Shown one piece after another: positions 11,101 to 23,100 of a stretch of 64,000 bases of DNA. Position numbers and translations under genes: made by a program. Each line of letters opens with the position of its first letter. Position 1 is the stretch's first letter. The notes under the pieces were generated by a model. The model saw only the letters and a list, made by a program, of their open reading frames with translations. It was not told the DNA's origin and ran no database searches. The stretch is from Macrostomum lignano (lineage: Eukaryota), in contig NIVC01000258.1 in NCBI GenBank assembly GCA_002269645.1, forward strand, positions 1 to 64,000. Direction: 5' to 3'.

Positions 11101-14100
11101 TCTCCTGTCTCTAGCTGTGTCTTCTGTCTCTCTAGCTGTGTCTCCTGTCTCTCCAGCTGTGTTTCATGTCTCTCTCACTGTGTCTCCTGTCTCTTTAGCT
11201 GTGTCTTCTGTCTCTCTAGCTGTGTCTCCTGTCTCTCCAGCTGTGTTTCATGTCTCTCTCACTGTGTCTCCTGTCTCTTTAGCTGTGTCTTCTGTCTCTC
11301 TAGCTGTGTCTCCTGTCTCTCCAGCTGTGTTTCATGTCTCTCTCACTGTGTCTCCTGTCTCTTTAGCTGTGTCTTCTGTCTCTCTAGCTGTGTCTCTGTC
11401 TCTCTAGCTGTGTCTCTGTCTCTCCAGCTGTGTTTCATGTCTCTCTCACTGTGTCTCCTGTCTCTTTAGCTGTGTCTTCTGTCTCTCTAGCTGTGTCTCC
11501 TGTCTCTCCAGCTGTGTTTCATGTCTCTCTCACTGTGTCTCCTGTCTCTTTAGCTGTGTCTTCTGTCTCTCTAGCTGTGTCTCCTGTCTCTCCAGCTGTG
11601 TTTCATGTCTCTCTCACTGTGTCTCCTGTCTCTTTAGCTGTGTCTTCTGTCTCTCTAGCTGTGTCTCCTGTCTCTCCAGCTGTGTTTCATGTCTCTCTCA
11701 CTGTGTCTCCTGTCTCTTTAGCTGTGTCTTCTGTCTCTCTAGCTGTGTCTCCTGTCTCTCCAGCTGTGTTTCATGTCTCTCTCACTGTGTCTCCTGTCTC
11801 TTTAGCTGTGTCTTCTGTCTCTCTAGCTGTGTCTCCTGTCTCTCCAGCTGTGTTTCATGTCTCTCTCACTGTGTCTCCTGTCTCTTTAGCTGTGTCTTCT
11901 GTCTCTCTAGCTGTGTCTCCTGTCTCTCCAGCTGTGTTTCATGTCTCTCTCACTGTGTCTCCTGTCTCTTTAGCTGTGTCTTCTGTCTCTCTAGCTGTGT
12001 CTCCTGTCTCTCCAGCTGTGTTTCATGTCTCTCTCACTGTGTCTCCTGTCTCTTTAGCTGTGTCTTCTGTCTCTCTAGCTGTGTCTCCTGTCTCTCCAGC
12101 TGTGTTTCATGTCTCTCTCACTGTGTCTCCTGTCTCTTTAGCTGTGTCTTCTGTCTCTCTAGCTGTGTCTCCTGTCTCTCCAGCTGTGTTTCATGTCTCT
12201 CTCACTGTGTCTCCTGTCTCTTTAGCTGTGTCTTCTGTCTCTCTAGCTGTGTCTCCTGTCTCTCCAGCTGTGTTTCATGTCTCTCTCACTGTGTCTCCTG
12301 TCTCTTTAGCTGTGTCTCTTTAGCTGTGTCTTCTGTCTCTCTAGCTGTGTCTCCTGTCTCTCCAGCTGTGTTTCATGTCTCTCTCACTGTGTCTCCTGTC
12401 TCTTTAGCTGTGTCTTCTGTCTCTCTAGCTGTGTCTCCTGTCTCTCCAGCTGTGTTTCATGTCTCTCTCACTGTGTCTCCTGTCTCTTTAGCTGTGTCTT
12501 CTGTCTCTCTAGCTGTGTCTCCTGTCTCTCCAGCTGTGTTTCATGTCTCTCTCACTGTGTCTCCTGTCTCTTTAGCTGTGTCTTCTGTCTCTCTAGCTGT
12601 GTTCTGTCTCTCTAGCTGTGTCTCCTGTCTCTCAGCTGTGTTTCTGTCTCTCTCACTGTGTCTCCTGTCTCTTTAGCTGTGTCTTCTGTCTCTCTAGCTG
12701 TGTCTCCTGTCTCTCCAGCTGTGTTTCATGTCTCTCTCACTGTGTCTCCTGTCTCTTTAGCTGTGTCTTCTGTCTCTCTAGCTGTGTCTCCTGTCTCTCC
12801 AGCTGTGTTTCATGTCTCTCTCACTGTGTCTCCTGTCTCTTTAGCTGTGTCTTCTGTCTCTCTAGCTGTGTCTCCTGTCTCTCCAGCTGTGTTTCATGTC
12901 TCTCTCACTGTGTCTCCTGTCTCTTTAGCTGTGTCTTCTGTCTCTCTAGCTGTGTCTCCTGTCTCTCCAGCTGTGTTTCATGTCTCTCTCACTGTGTCTC
13001 CTGTCTCTTTAGCTGTGTCTTCTGTCTCTCTAGCTGTGTCTCCTGTCTCTCCAGCTGTGTTTCATGTCTCTCTCACTGTGTCTCCTGTCTCTTTAGCTGT
13101 GTCTTCTGTCTCTCTAGCTGTGTCTCCTGTCTCTCCAGCTGTGTTTCATGTCTCTCTCACTGTGTCTCCTGTCTCTTTAGCTGTGTCTTCTGTCTCTCTA
13201 GCTGTGTCTCCTGTCTCTCCAGCTGTGTTTCATGTCTCTCTCACTGTGTCTCCTGTCTCTTTAGCTGTGTCTCTGTCTCTTAGCTGTGTCTTCTGTCTCT
13301 CTAGCTGTGTCTCCTGTCTCTCCAGCTGTGTTTCATGTCTCTCTCACTGTGTCTCCTGTCTCTTTAGCTGTGTCTTCTGTCTCTCTAGCTGTGTCTCCTG
13401 TCTCTCCAGCTGTGTTTCATGTCTCTCTCACTGTGTCTCCTGTCTCTTTAGCTGTGTCTTCTGTCTCTCTAGCTGTGTCTCCTGTCTCTCCAGCTGTGTT
13501 TCATGTCTCTCTCACTGTGTCTCCTGTCTCTTTAGCTGTGTCTTCTGTCTCTCTAGCTGTGTCTCCTGTCTCTCCAGCTGTGTTTCATGTCTCTCTCACT
13601 GTGTCTCCTGTCTCTTTAGCTGTGTCTTCTGTCTCTCTAGCTGTGTCTCCTGTCTCTCCAGCTGTGTTTCATGTCTCTCTCACTGTGTCTCTCCTGTGTC
13701 TCTGTCTCTCAGCTGTGTCTCCTGTCTCTCTAGCTGTGTCTCTGTCTCTCTAGCTGTGTCTCCTGTCTCTCTAGCTGTGTCTTCTGTCTCTCTAGCTGTG
13801 TCTCCTGTCTCTCTAGCTGTGTCTTCTGTCTCTCTAGCTGTGTCTCCTGTCTCTCTAGCTGTGTCTTCTGTCTCTCTAGCTGTGTCTCCTGTCTCTCCAG
13901 CTGTGTTTCATGTCTCTCTCACTGTGTCTCCTGTCTCTTTAGCTGTGTCTTCTGTCTCTCTAGCTGTGTCTCCTGTCTCTCCAGCTGTGTTTCATGTCTC
14001 TCTCACTGTGTCTCCTGTCTCTTTAGCTGTGTCTTCTGTCTCTCTAGCTGTGTCTCCTGTCTCTCCAGCTGTGTTTCATGTCTCTCTCACTGTGTCTCCT

Positions 14101-17100
14101 GTCTCTTTAGCTGTGTCTTCTGTCTCTCTAGCTGTGTCTCCTGTCTCTCCAGCTGTGTTTCATGTCTCTCTCACTGTGTCTCCTGTCTCTTTAGCTGTGT
14201 CTTCTGTCTCTCTAGCTGTGTCTCCTGTCTCTCCAGCTGTGTTTCATGTCTCTCTCACTGTGTCTCCTGTCTCTTTAGCTGTGTCTTCTGTCTCTCTAGC
14301 TGTGTCTCCTGTCTCTCCAGCTGTGTTTCTGTCTCTCTAGCTGTGTCTCTGTCTCTCAGCTGTGTCTCCTGTCTCTTAGCTGTGTCTTCTGTCTCTCTAG
14401 CTGTGTCTCCTGTCTCTCCAGCTGTGTTTCATGTCTCTCTCACTGTGTCTCCTGTCTCTTTAGCTGTGTCTTCTGTCTCTCTAGCTGTGTCTCCTGTCTC
14501 TCCAGCTGTGTTTCATGTCTCTCTCACTGTGTCTCCTGTCTCTTTAGCTGTGTCTTCTGTCTCTCTAGCTGTGTCTCCTGTCTCTCCAGCTGTGTTTCAT
14601 GTCTCTCTCACTGTGTCTCCTGTCTCTTTAGCTGTGTCTTCTGTCTCTCTAGCTGTGTCTCCTGTCTCTCCAGCTGTGTTTCATGTCTCTCTCACTGTGT
14701 CTCCTGTCTCTTTAGCTGTGTCTTCTGTCTCTCTAGCTGTGTCTCCTGTCTCTCCAGCTGTGTTTCATGTCTCTCTCACTGTGTCTCCTGTCTCTTTAGC
14801 TGTGTCTTCTGTCTCTCTAGCTGTGTCTCCTGTCTCTCCAGCTGTGTTTCATGTCTCTCTCACTGTGTCTCCTGTCTCTTTAGCTGTGTCTTCTGTCTCT
14901 CTAGCTGTGTCTCCTGTCTCTCCAGCTGTGTGTCTCTCAGCTGTCTGTCTCTCACTGTGTCTCCTGTCTCTTTAGCTGTGTCTTCTGTCTCTCTAGCTGT
15001 GTCTCCTGTCTCTCCAGCTGTGTTTCATGTCTCTCTCACTGTGTCTCCTGTCTCTTTAGCTGTGTCTTCTGTCTCTCTAGCTGTGTCTCCTGTCTCTCCA
15101 GCTGTGTTTCATGTCTCTCTCACTGTGTCTCCTGTCTCTTTAGCTGTGTCTTCTGTCTCTCTAGCTGTGTCTCCTGTCTCTCCAGCTGTGTTTCATGTCT
15201 CTCTCACTGTGTCTCCTGTCTCTTTAGCTGTGTCTTCTGTCTCTCTAGCTGTGTCTCCTGTCTCTCCAGCTGTGTTTCATGTCTCTCTCACTGTGTCTCC
15301 TGTCTCTTTAGCTGTGTCTTCTGTCTCTCTAGCTGTGTCTCCTGTCTCTCCAGCTGTGTTTCATGTCTCTCTCACTGTGTCTCCTGTCTCTTTAGCTGTG
15401 TCTTCTGTCTCTCTAGCTGTGTCTCCTGTCTCTCCAGCTGTGTTTCATGTCTCTCTCACTGTGTCTCCTGTCTCTTTAGCTGTGTCTTCTGTCTCTCTAG
15501 CTGTGTCTCCTGTCTCTCCAGCTGTGTTTCATGTCTCTCTCACTGTGTCTCCTGTCTCTTTAGCTGTGTCTTCTGTCTCTCTAGCTGTGTCTGTCTCTAG
15601 CTGTGTCTGTCTCTCCAGCTGTGTTTCATGTCTCTCTCACTGTGTCTCCTGTCTCTTTAGCTGTGTCTTCTGTCTCTCTAGCTGTGTCTCCTGTCTCTCC
15701 AGCTGTGTTTCATGTCTCTCTCACTGTGTCTCCTGTCTCTTTAGCTGTGTCTTCTGTCTCTCTAGCTGTGTCTCCTGTCTCTCCAGCTGTGTTTCATGTC
15801 TCTCTCACTGTGTCTCCTGTCTCTTTAGCTGTGTCTTCTGTCTCTCTAGCTGTGTCTCCTGTCTCTCCAGCTGTGTTTCATGTCTCTCTCACTGTGTCTC
15901 CTGTCTCTTTAGCTGTGTCTTCTGTCTCTCTAGCTGTGTCTCCTGTCTCTCCAGCTGTGTTTCATGTCTCTCTCACTGTGTCTCCTGTCTCTTTAGCTGT
16001 GTCTTCTGTCTCTCTAGCTGTGTCTCCTGTCTCTCCAGCTGTGTTTCATGTCTCTCTCACTGTGTCTCCTGTCTCTTTAGCTGTGTCTTCTGTCTCTCTA
16101 GCTGTGTCTCCTGTCTCTCCAGCTGTGTTTCATGTCTCTCTCACTGTGTCTCCTGTCTCTTTAGCTGTGTCTTCTGTCTCTCTAGCTGTGTCTCCTGTCT
16201 CTCCAGCTGTGTTTCATGTCTCTCTCACTGTGTCTCCTGTCTCTTTAGCTGTGTCTTCTGTCTCTTAGCTGTGTCTTCTGTCTCTCTAGCTGTGTCTCCT
16301 GTCTCTCCAGCTGTGTTTCATGTCTCTCTCACTGTGTCTCCTGTCTCTTTAGCTGTGTCTTCTGTCTCTCTAGCTGTGTCTCCTGTCTCTCCAGCTGTGT
16401 TTCATGTCTCTCTCACTGTGTCTCCTGTCTCTTTAGCTGTGTCTTCTGTCTCTCTAGCTGTGTCTCCTGTCTCTCCAGCTGTGTTTCATGTCTCTCTCAC
16501 TGTGTCTCCTGTCTCTTTAGCTGTGTCTTCTGTCTCTCTAGCTGTGTCTCCTGTCTCTCCAGCTGTGTTTCATGTCTCTCTCACTGTGTCTCCTGTCTCT
16601 TTAGCTGTGTCTTCTGTCTCTCTAGCTGTGTCTCCTGTCTCTCCAGCTGTGTTTCATGTCTCTCTCACTGTGTCTCCTGTCTCTTTAGCTGTGTCTTCTG
16701 TCTCTCTACTGTGTCTCCTGTCTCTTTAGCTGTGTCTTCTGTCTCTCTAGCTGTGTCTCCTGTCTCTAGCTGTGTTTCTGTCTCTCTCACTGTGTCTCCT
16801 GTCTCTTTAGCTGTGTCTTCTGTCTCTCTAGCTGTGTCTCCTGTCTCAGCTGTGTCTTCTGTCTCTCTACTGTGTCTCCTGTCTCTAGCTGTGTCTTCTG
16901 TCTCTCTAGCTGTGTCTCCTGTCTCTCCAGCTGTGTTTCTGTCTCTCTCACTGTGTCTCCTGTCTCTTTAGCTGTGTCTTCTGTCTCTCTAGCTGTGTCT
17001 CCTGTCTCTCCAGCTGTGTTTCATGTCTCTCTCACTGTGTCTCCTGTCTCTTTAGCTGTGTCTTCTGTCTCTCTAGCTGTGTCTCCTGTCTCTCCAGCTG

Positions 17101-20100
17101 TGTTTCATGTCTCTCTCACTGTGTCTCCTGTCTCTTTAGCTGTGTCTTCTGTCTCTCTAGCTGTGTCTCCTGTCTCTCCAGCTGTGTTTCATGTCTCTCT
17201 CACTGTGTCTCCTGTCTCTTTAGCTGTGTCTTCTGTCTCTCTAGCTGTGTCTCCTGTCTCTCCAGCTGTGTTTCATGTCTCTCTCACTGTGTCTCCTGTC
17301 TCTTTAGCTGTGTCTTCTGTCTCTCTAGCTGTGTCTCCTGTCTCTCCAGCTGTGTTTCATGTCTCTCTCACTGTGTCTCCTGTCTCTTTAGCTGTGTCTT
17401 CTGTCTCTCTAGCTGTGTCTCCTGTCTCTCCAGCTGTGTTTCATGTCTCTCTCACTGTGTCTCCTGTCTCTTTAGCTGTGTCTTCTGTCTCTCTAGCTGT
17501 GTCTCCTGTCTCTCCAGCTGTGTTTCATGTCTCTCTCACTGTGTCTCCTGTCTCTTTAGCTGTGTCTTCTGTCTCTCTAGCTGTGTCTCCTGTCTCTCCA
17601 GCTGTGTTTCATGTCTCTCTCACTGTGTCTCCTGTCTCTTTAGCTGTGTCTTCTGTCTCTCTAGCTGTGTCTCCTGTCTCTCCAGCTGTGTTTCATGTCT
17701 CTCTCACTGTGTCTCCTGTCTCTTTAGCTGTGTCTTCTGTCTCTCTAGCTGTGTCTCCTGTCTCTCCAGCTGTGTTTCATGTCTCTCTCACTGTGTCTCC
17801 TGTCTCTTTAGCTGTGTCTTCTGTCTCTCTAGCTGTGTCTCCTGTCTCTCCAGCTGTGTTTCATGTCTCTCTCACTGTGTCTCCTGTCTCTTTAGCTGTG
17901 TCTTCTGTCTCTCTAGCTGTGTCTCCTGTCTCTCCAGCTGTGTTTCATGTCTCTCTCACTGTGTCTCCTGTCTCTTTAGCTGTGTCTTCTGTCTCTCTAG
18001 CTGTGTCTCCTGTCTCTCCAGCTGTGTTTCATGTCTCTCTCACTGTGTCTCCTGTCTCTTTAGCTGTGTCTTCTGTCTCTCTAGCTGTGTCTCCTGTCTC
18101 TCCAGCTGTGTTTCATGTCTCTCTCACTGTGTCTCCTGTCTCTTTAGCTGTGTCTTCTGTCTCTCTAGCTGTGTCTCCTGTCTCTCCAGCTGTGTTTCAT
18201 GTCTCTCTCACTGTGTCTCCTGTCTCTTTAGCTGTGTCTTCTGTCTCTCTAGCTGTGTCTCCTGTCTCTCCAGCTGTGTTTCATGTCTCTCTCACTGTGT
18301 CTCCTGTCTCTTTAGCTGTGTCTTCTGTCTCTCTAGCTGTGTCTCCTGTCTCTCCAGCTGTGTTTCATGTCTCTCTCACTGTGTCTCCTGTCTCTTTAGC
18401 TGTGTCTTCTGTCTCTCTAGCTGTGTCTCCTGTCTCTCCAGCTGTGTTTCATGTCTCTCTCACTGTGTCTCCTGTCTCTTTAGCTGTGTCTTCTGTCTCT
18501 CTAGCTGTGTCTCCTGTCTCTCCAGCTGTGTTTCATGTCTCTCTCACTGTGTCTCCTGTCTCTTTAGCTGTGTCTTCTGTCTCTCTAGCTGTGTCTCCTG
18601 TCTCTCCAGCTGTGTTTCATGTCTCTCTCACTGTGTCTCCTGTCTCTTTAGCTGTGTCTTCTGTCTCTCTAGCTGTGTCTCCTGTCTCTCCAGCTGTGTT
18701 TCATGTCTCTCTCACTGTGTCTCCTGTCTCTTTAGCTGTGTCTTCTGTCTCTCTAGCTGTGTCTCCTGTCTCTCCAGCTGTGTTTCATGTCTCTCTCACT
18801 GTGTCTCCTGTCTCTTTAGCTGTGTCTTCTGTCTCTCTAGCTGTGTCTCCTGTCTCTCCAGCTGTGTTTCATGTCTCTCTCACTGTGTCTCCTGTCTCTT
18901 TAGCTGTGTCTTCTGTCTCTCTAGCTGTGTCTCCTGTCTCTCCAGCTGTGTTTCATGTCTCTCTCACTGTGTCTCCTGTCTCTTTAGCTGTGTCTTCTGT
19001 CTCTCTAGCTGTGTCTCCTGTCTCTCCAGCTGTGTTTCATGTCTCTCTCACTGTGTCTCCTGTCTCTTTAGCTGTGTCTTCTGTCTCTCTAGCTGTGTCT
19101 CCTGTCTCTCCAGCTGTGTTTCATGTCTCTCTCACTGTGTCTCCTGTCTCTTTAGCTGTGTCTTCTGTCTCTCTAGCTGTGTCTCCTGTCTCTCCAGCTG
19201 TGTTTCATGTCTCTCTCACTGTGTCTCCTGTCTCTTTAGCTGTGTCTTCTGTCTCTCTAGCTGTGTCTCCTGTCTCTCCAGCTGTGTTTCATGTCTCTCT
19301 CACTGTGTCTCCTGTCTCTTTAGCTGTGTCTTCTGTCTCTCTAGCTGTGTCTCCTGTCTCTAGCTGTGTTTCTGTCTCTCTAGCTGTGTCTCCTGTCTCT
19401 TTAGCTGTGTCTCCTGTCTCTCTACTGTGTCTCCTGTCTCTTTAGCTGTGTCTTCTGTCTCTCTAGCTGTGTCTCCTGTCTCTCCAGCTGTGTTTCTGTC
19501 TCTCTCACTGTGTCTCCTGTCTCTTTAGCTGTGTCTTCTGTCTCTCTAGCTGTGTCTCCTGTCTCTCCAGCTGTGTTTCATGTCTCTCTCACTGTGTCTC
19601 CTGTCTCTTTAGCTGTGTCTTCTGTCTCTCTAGCTGTGTCTCCTGTCTCTCCAGCTGTGTTTCATGTCTCTCTCACTGTGTCTCCTGTCTCTTTAGCTGT
19701 GTCTTCTGTCTCTCTAGCTGTGTCTCCTGTCTCTCCAGCTGTGTTTCATGTCTCTCTCACTGTGTCTCCTGTCTCTTTAGCTGTGTCTTCTGTCTCTCTA
19801 GCTGTGTCTCCTGTCTCTCCAGCTGTGTTTCATGTCTCTCTCACTGTGTCTCCTGTCTCCTGTGTCTCTGTCTCTAGCTGTGTCTTCTGTCTCTCTAGCT
19901 GTGTCTCCTGTCTCTCCAGCTGTGTTTCTGTCTCTCTCACTGTGTCTCCTGTCTCTTTAGCTGTGTCTTCTGTCTCTCTAGCTGTGTCTCCTGTCTCTCC
20001 AGCTGTGTTTCATGTCTCTCTCACTGTGTCTCCTGTCTCTTTAGCTGTGTCTTCTGTCTCTCTAGCTGTGTCTCCTGTCTCTCCAGCTGTGTTTCATGTC

Positions 20101-23100
20101 TCTCTCACTGTGTCTCCTGTCTCTTTAGCTGTGTCTTCTGTCTCTCTAGCTGTGTCTCCTGTCTCTAGCTGTGTTTCTGTCTCTCTACTGTGTCTCCTGT
20201 CTCTAGCTGTGTTTCTGTCTCTCTCACTGTGTCTCCTGTCTCTAGCTGTGTTTCTGTCTCTCTCACTGTGTCTCCTGTCTCTAGCTGTGTTTCTGTCTCT
20301 CTACTGTGTCTCCTGTCTCTAGCTGTGTCTTCTGTCTCTCTAGCTGTGTCTCCTGTCTCTCCAGCTGTGTTTCATGTCTCTCTAGCTGTGTCTCCTGTCT
20401 CTTTAGCTGTGTCTTCTGTCTCTCTAGCTGTGTCTCCTGTCTCTCCAGCTGTGTTTCATGTCTCTCTCACTGTGTCTCCTGTCTCTTTAGCTGTGTCTTC
20501 TGTCTCTCTAGCTGTGTCTCCTGTCTCTCCAGCTGTGTTTCATGTCTCTCTCACTGTGTCTCCTGTCTCTTTAGCTGTGTCTTCTGTCTCTCTAGCTGTG
20601 TCTCCTGTCTCTCCAGCTGTGTTTCTGTCTCTCTCACTGTGTCTCCTGTCTCTTTAGCTGTGTCTTCTGTCTCTCTAGCTGTGTCTCCTGTCTCTAGCTG
20701 TGTTTCTGTCTCTCTCACTGTGTCTCCTGTCTCTTTAGCTGTGTCTTCTGTCTCTCTAGCTGTGTCTCCTGTCTCTCCAGCTGTGTTTCATGTCTCTCTC
20801 ACTGTGTCTCCTGTCTCTTTAGCTGTGTCTTCTGTCTCTCTAGCTGTGTCTCCTGTCTCTCCAGCTGTGTTTCATGTCTCTCTCACTGTGTCTCCTGTCT
20901 CTTTAGCTGTGTCTTCTGTCTCTCTAGCTGTGTCTCCTGTCTCTCCAGCTGTGTTTCATGTCTCTCTCACTGTGTCTCCTGTCTCTTTAGCTGTGTCTTC
21001 TGTCTCTCTAGCTGTGTCTCCTGTCTCTCCAGCTGTGTTTCATGTCTCTCTCACTGTGTCTCCTGTCTCTTTAGCTGTGTCTTCTGTCTCTCTAGCTGTG
21101 TCTCCTGTCTCTCCAGCTGTGTTTCATGTCTCTCTCACTGTGTCTCCTGTCTCTTTAGCTGTGTCTTCTGTCTCTCTAGCTGTGTCTCCTGTCTCTCCAG
21201 CTGTGTTTCATGTCTCTCTCACTGTGTCTCCTGTCTCTTTAGCTGTGTCTTCTGTCTCTCTAGCTGTGTCTCCTGTCTCTCCAGCTGTGTTTCATGTCTC
21301 TCTCACTGTGTCTCCTGTCTCTTTAGCTGTGTCTTCTGTCTCTCTAGCTGTGTCTCCTGTCTCTCCAGCTGTGTGTTCTCATGTCTCTCTCACTGTGTCT
21401 CCTGTCTCTTTAGCTGTGTCTTCTGTCTCTCTAGCTGTGTCTCCTGTCTCTCCAGCTGTGTTTCATGTCTCTCTCACTGTGTCTCCTGTCTCTTTAGCTG
21501 TGTCTTCTGTCTCTCTAGCTGTGTCTCCTGTCTCTCCAGCTGTGTTTCATGTCTCTCTCACTGTGTCTCCTGTCTCTTTAGCTGTGTCTTCTGTCTCTCT
21601 AGCTGTGTCTCCTGTCTCTCCAGCTGTGTTTCATGTCTCTCTCACTGTGTCTCCTGTCTCTTTAGCTGTGTCTTCTGTCTCTCTAGCTGTGTCTCCTGTC
21701 TCTCCAGCTGTGTTTCATGTCTCTCTCACTGTGTCTCCTGTCTCTTTAGCTGTGTCTTCTGTCTCTCTAGCTGTGTCTCCTGTCTCTCCAGCTGTGTTTC
21801 ATGTCTCTCTCACTGTGTCTCCTGTCTCTTTAGCTGTGTCTTCTGTCTCTCTAGCTGTGTCTCCTGTCTCTCCAGCTGTGTCTCCTGTCTCTCTAGCTGT
21901 GTCTTCTGTCTCTCTAGCTGTGTCTCCTGTCTCTAGCTGTGTTTCTGTCTCTCTAGCTGTGTCTCCTGTCTCTAGCTGTGTCTTCTGTCTCTCTAGCTGT
22001 GTCTCCTGTCTCTCCAGCTGTGTCTTCTGTCTCTCTCAGCTGTGTCTCCTGTCTCTTTAGCTGTGTCTCCTGTCTCTCTAGCTGTGTCTCCTGTCTCTTT
22101 AGCTGTGTCTTCTGTCTCTCTAGCTGTGTCTCCTGTCTCTCCAGCTGTGTTTCATGTCTCTCTCACTGTGTCTCCTGTCTCTTTAGCTGTGTCTTCTGTC
22201 TCTCTAGCTGTGTCTCCTGTCTCTCCAGCTGTGTTTCATGTCTCTCTCACTGTGTCTCCTGTCTCTTTAGCTGTGTCTTCTGTCTCTCTAGCTGTGTCTC
22301 CTGTCTCTAGCTGTGTTTCATGTCTCTCTCACTGTGTCTCCTGTCTCTTTAGCTGTGTCTTCTGTCTCTCTAGCTGTGTCTCCTGTCTCTCCAGCTGTGT
22401 TTCATGTCTCTCTCACTGTGTCTCCTGTCTCTTTAGCTGTGTCTTCTGTCTCTCTAGCTGTGTCTCCTGTCTCTAGCTGTGTTTCTGTCTCTCTAGCTGT
22501 GTCTCCTGTCTCTTTAGCTGTGTTTCTGTCTCTCTACTGTGTCTCCTGTCTCTAGCTGTGTCTTCTGTCTCTCTAGCTGTGTCTCCTGTCTCTCCAGCTG
22601 TGTTTCATGTCTCTCTCACTGTGTCTCCTGTCTCTTTAGCTGTGTCTTCTGTCTCTCTCACTGTGTCTCCTGTCTCTTTAGCTGTGTCTTCTGTCTCTCT
22701 AGCTGTGTCTCCTGTCTCTCCAGCTGTGTTTCATGTCTCTCTCACTGTGTCTCCTGTCTCTTTAGCTGTGTTTCTGTCTCTCTAGCTGTGTCTCCTGTCT
22801 CTCCAGCTGTGTTTCATGTCTCTCTCACTGTGTCTCCTGTCTCTTTAGCTGTGTCTTCTGTCTCTCTAGCTGTGTCTCCTGTCTCTCCAGCTGTGTTTCA
22901 TGTCTCTCTCACTGTGTCTCCTGTCTCTTTAGCTGTGTCTTCTGTCTCTCTAGCTGTGTCTCCTGTCTCTCCAGCTGTGTTTCATGTCTCTCTCACTGTG
23001 TCTCCTGTCTCTTTAGCTGTGTCTTCTGTCTCTCTAGCTGTGTCTCCTGTCTCTCCAGCTGTGTTTCATGTCTCTCTCACTGTGTCTCCTGTCTCTTTAG

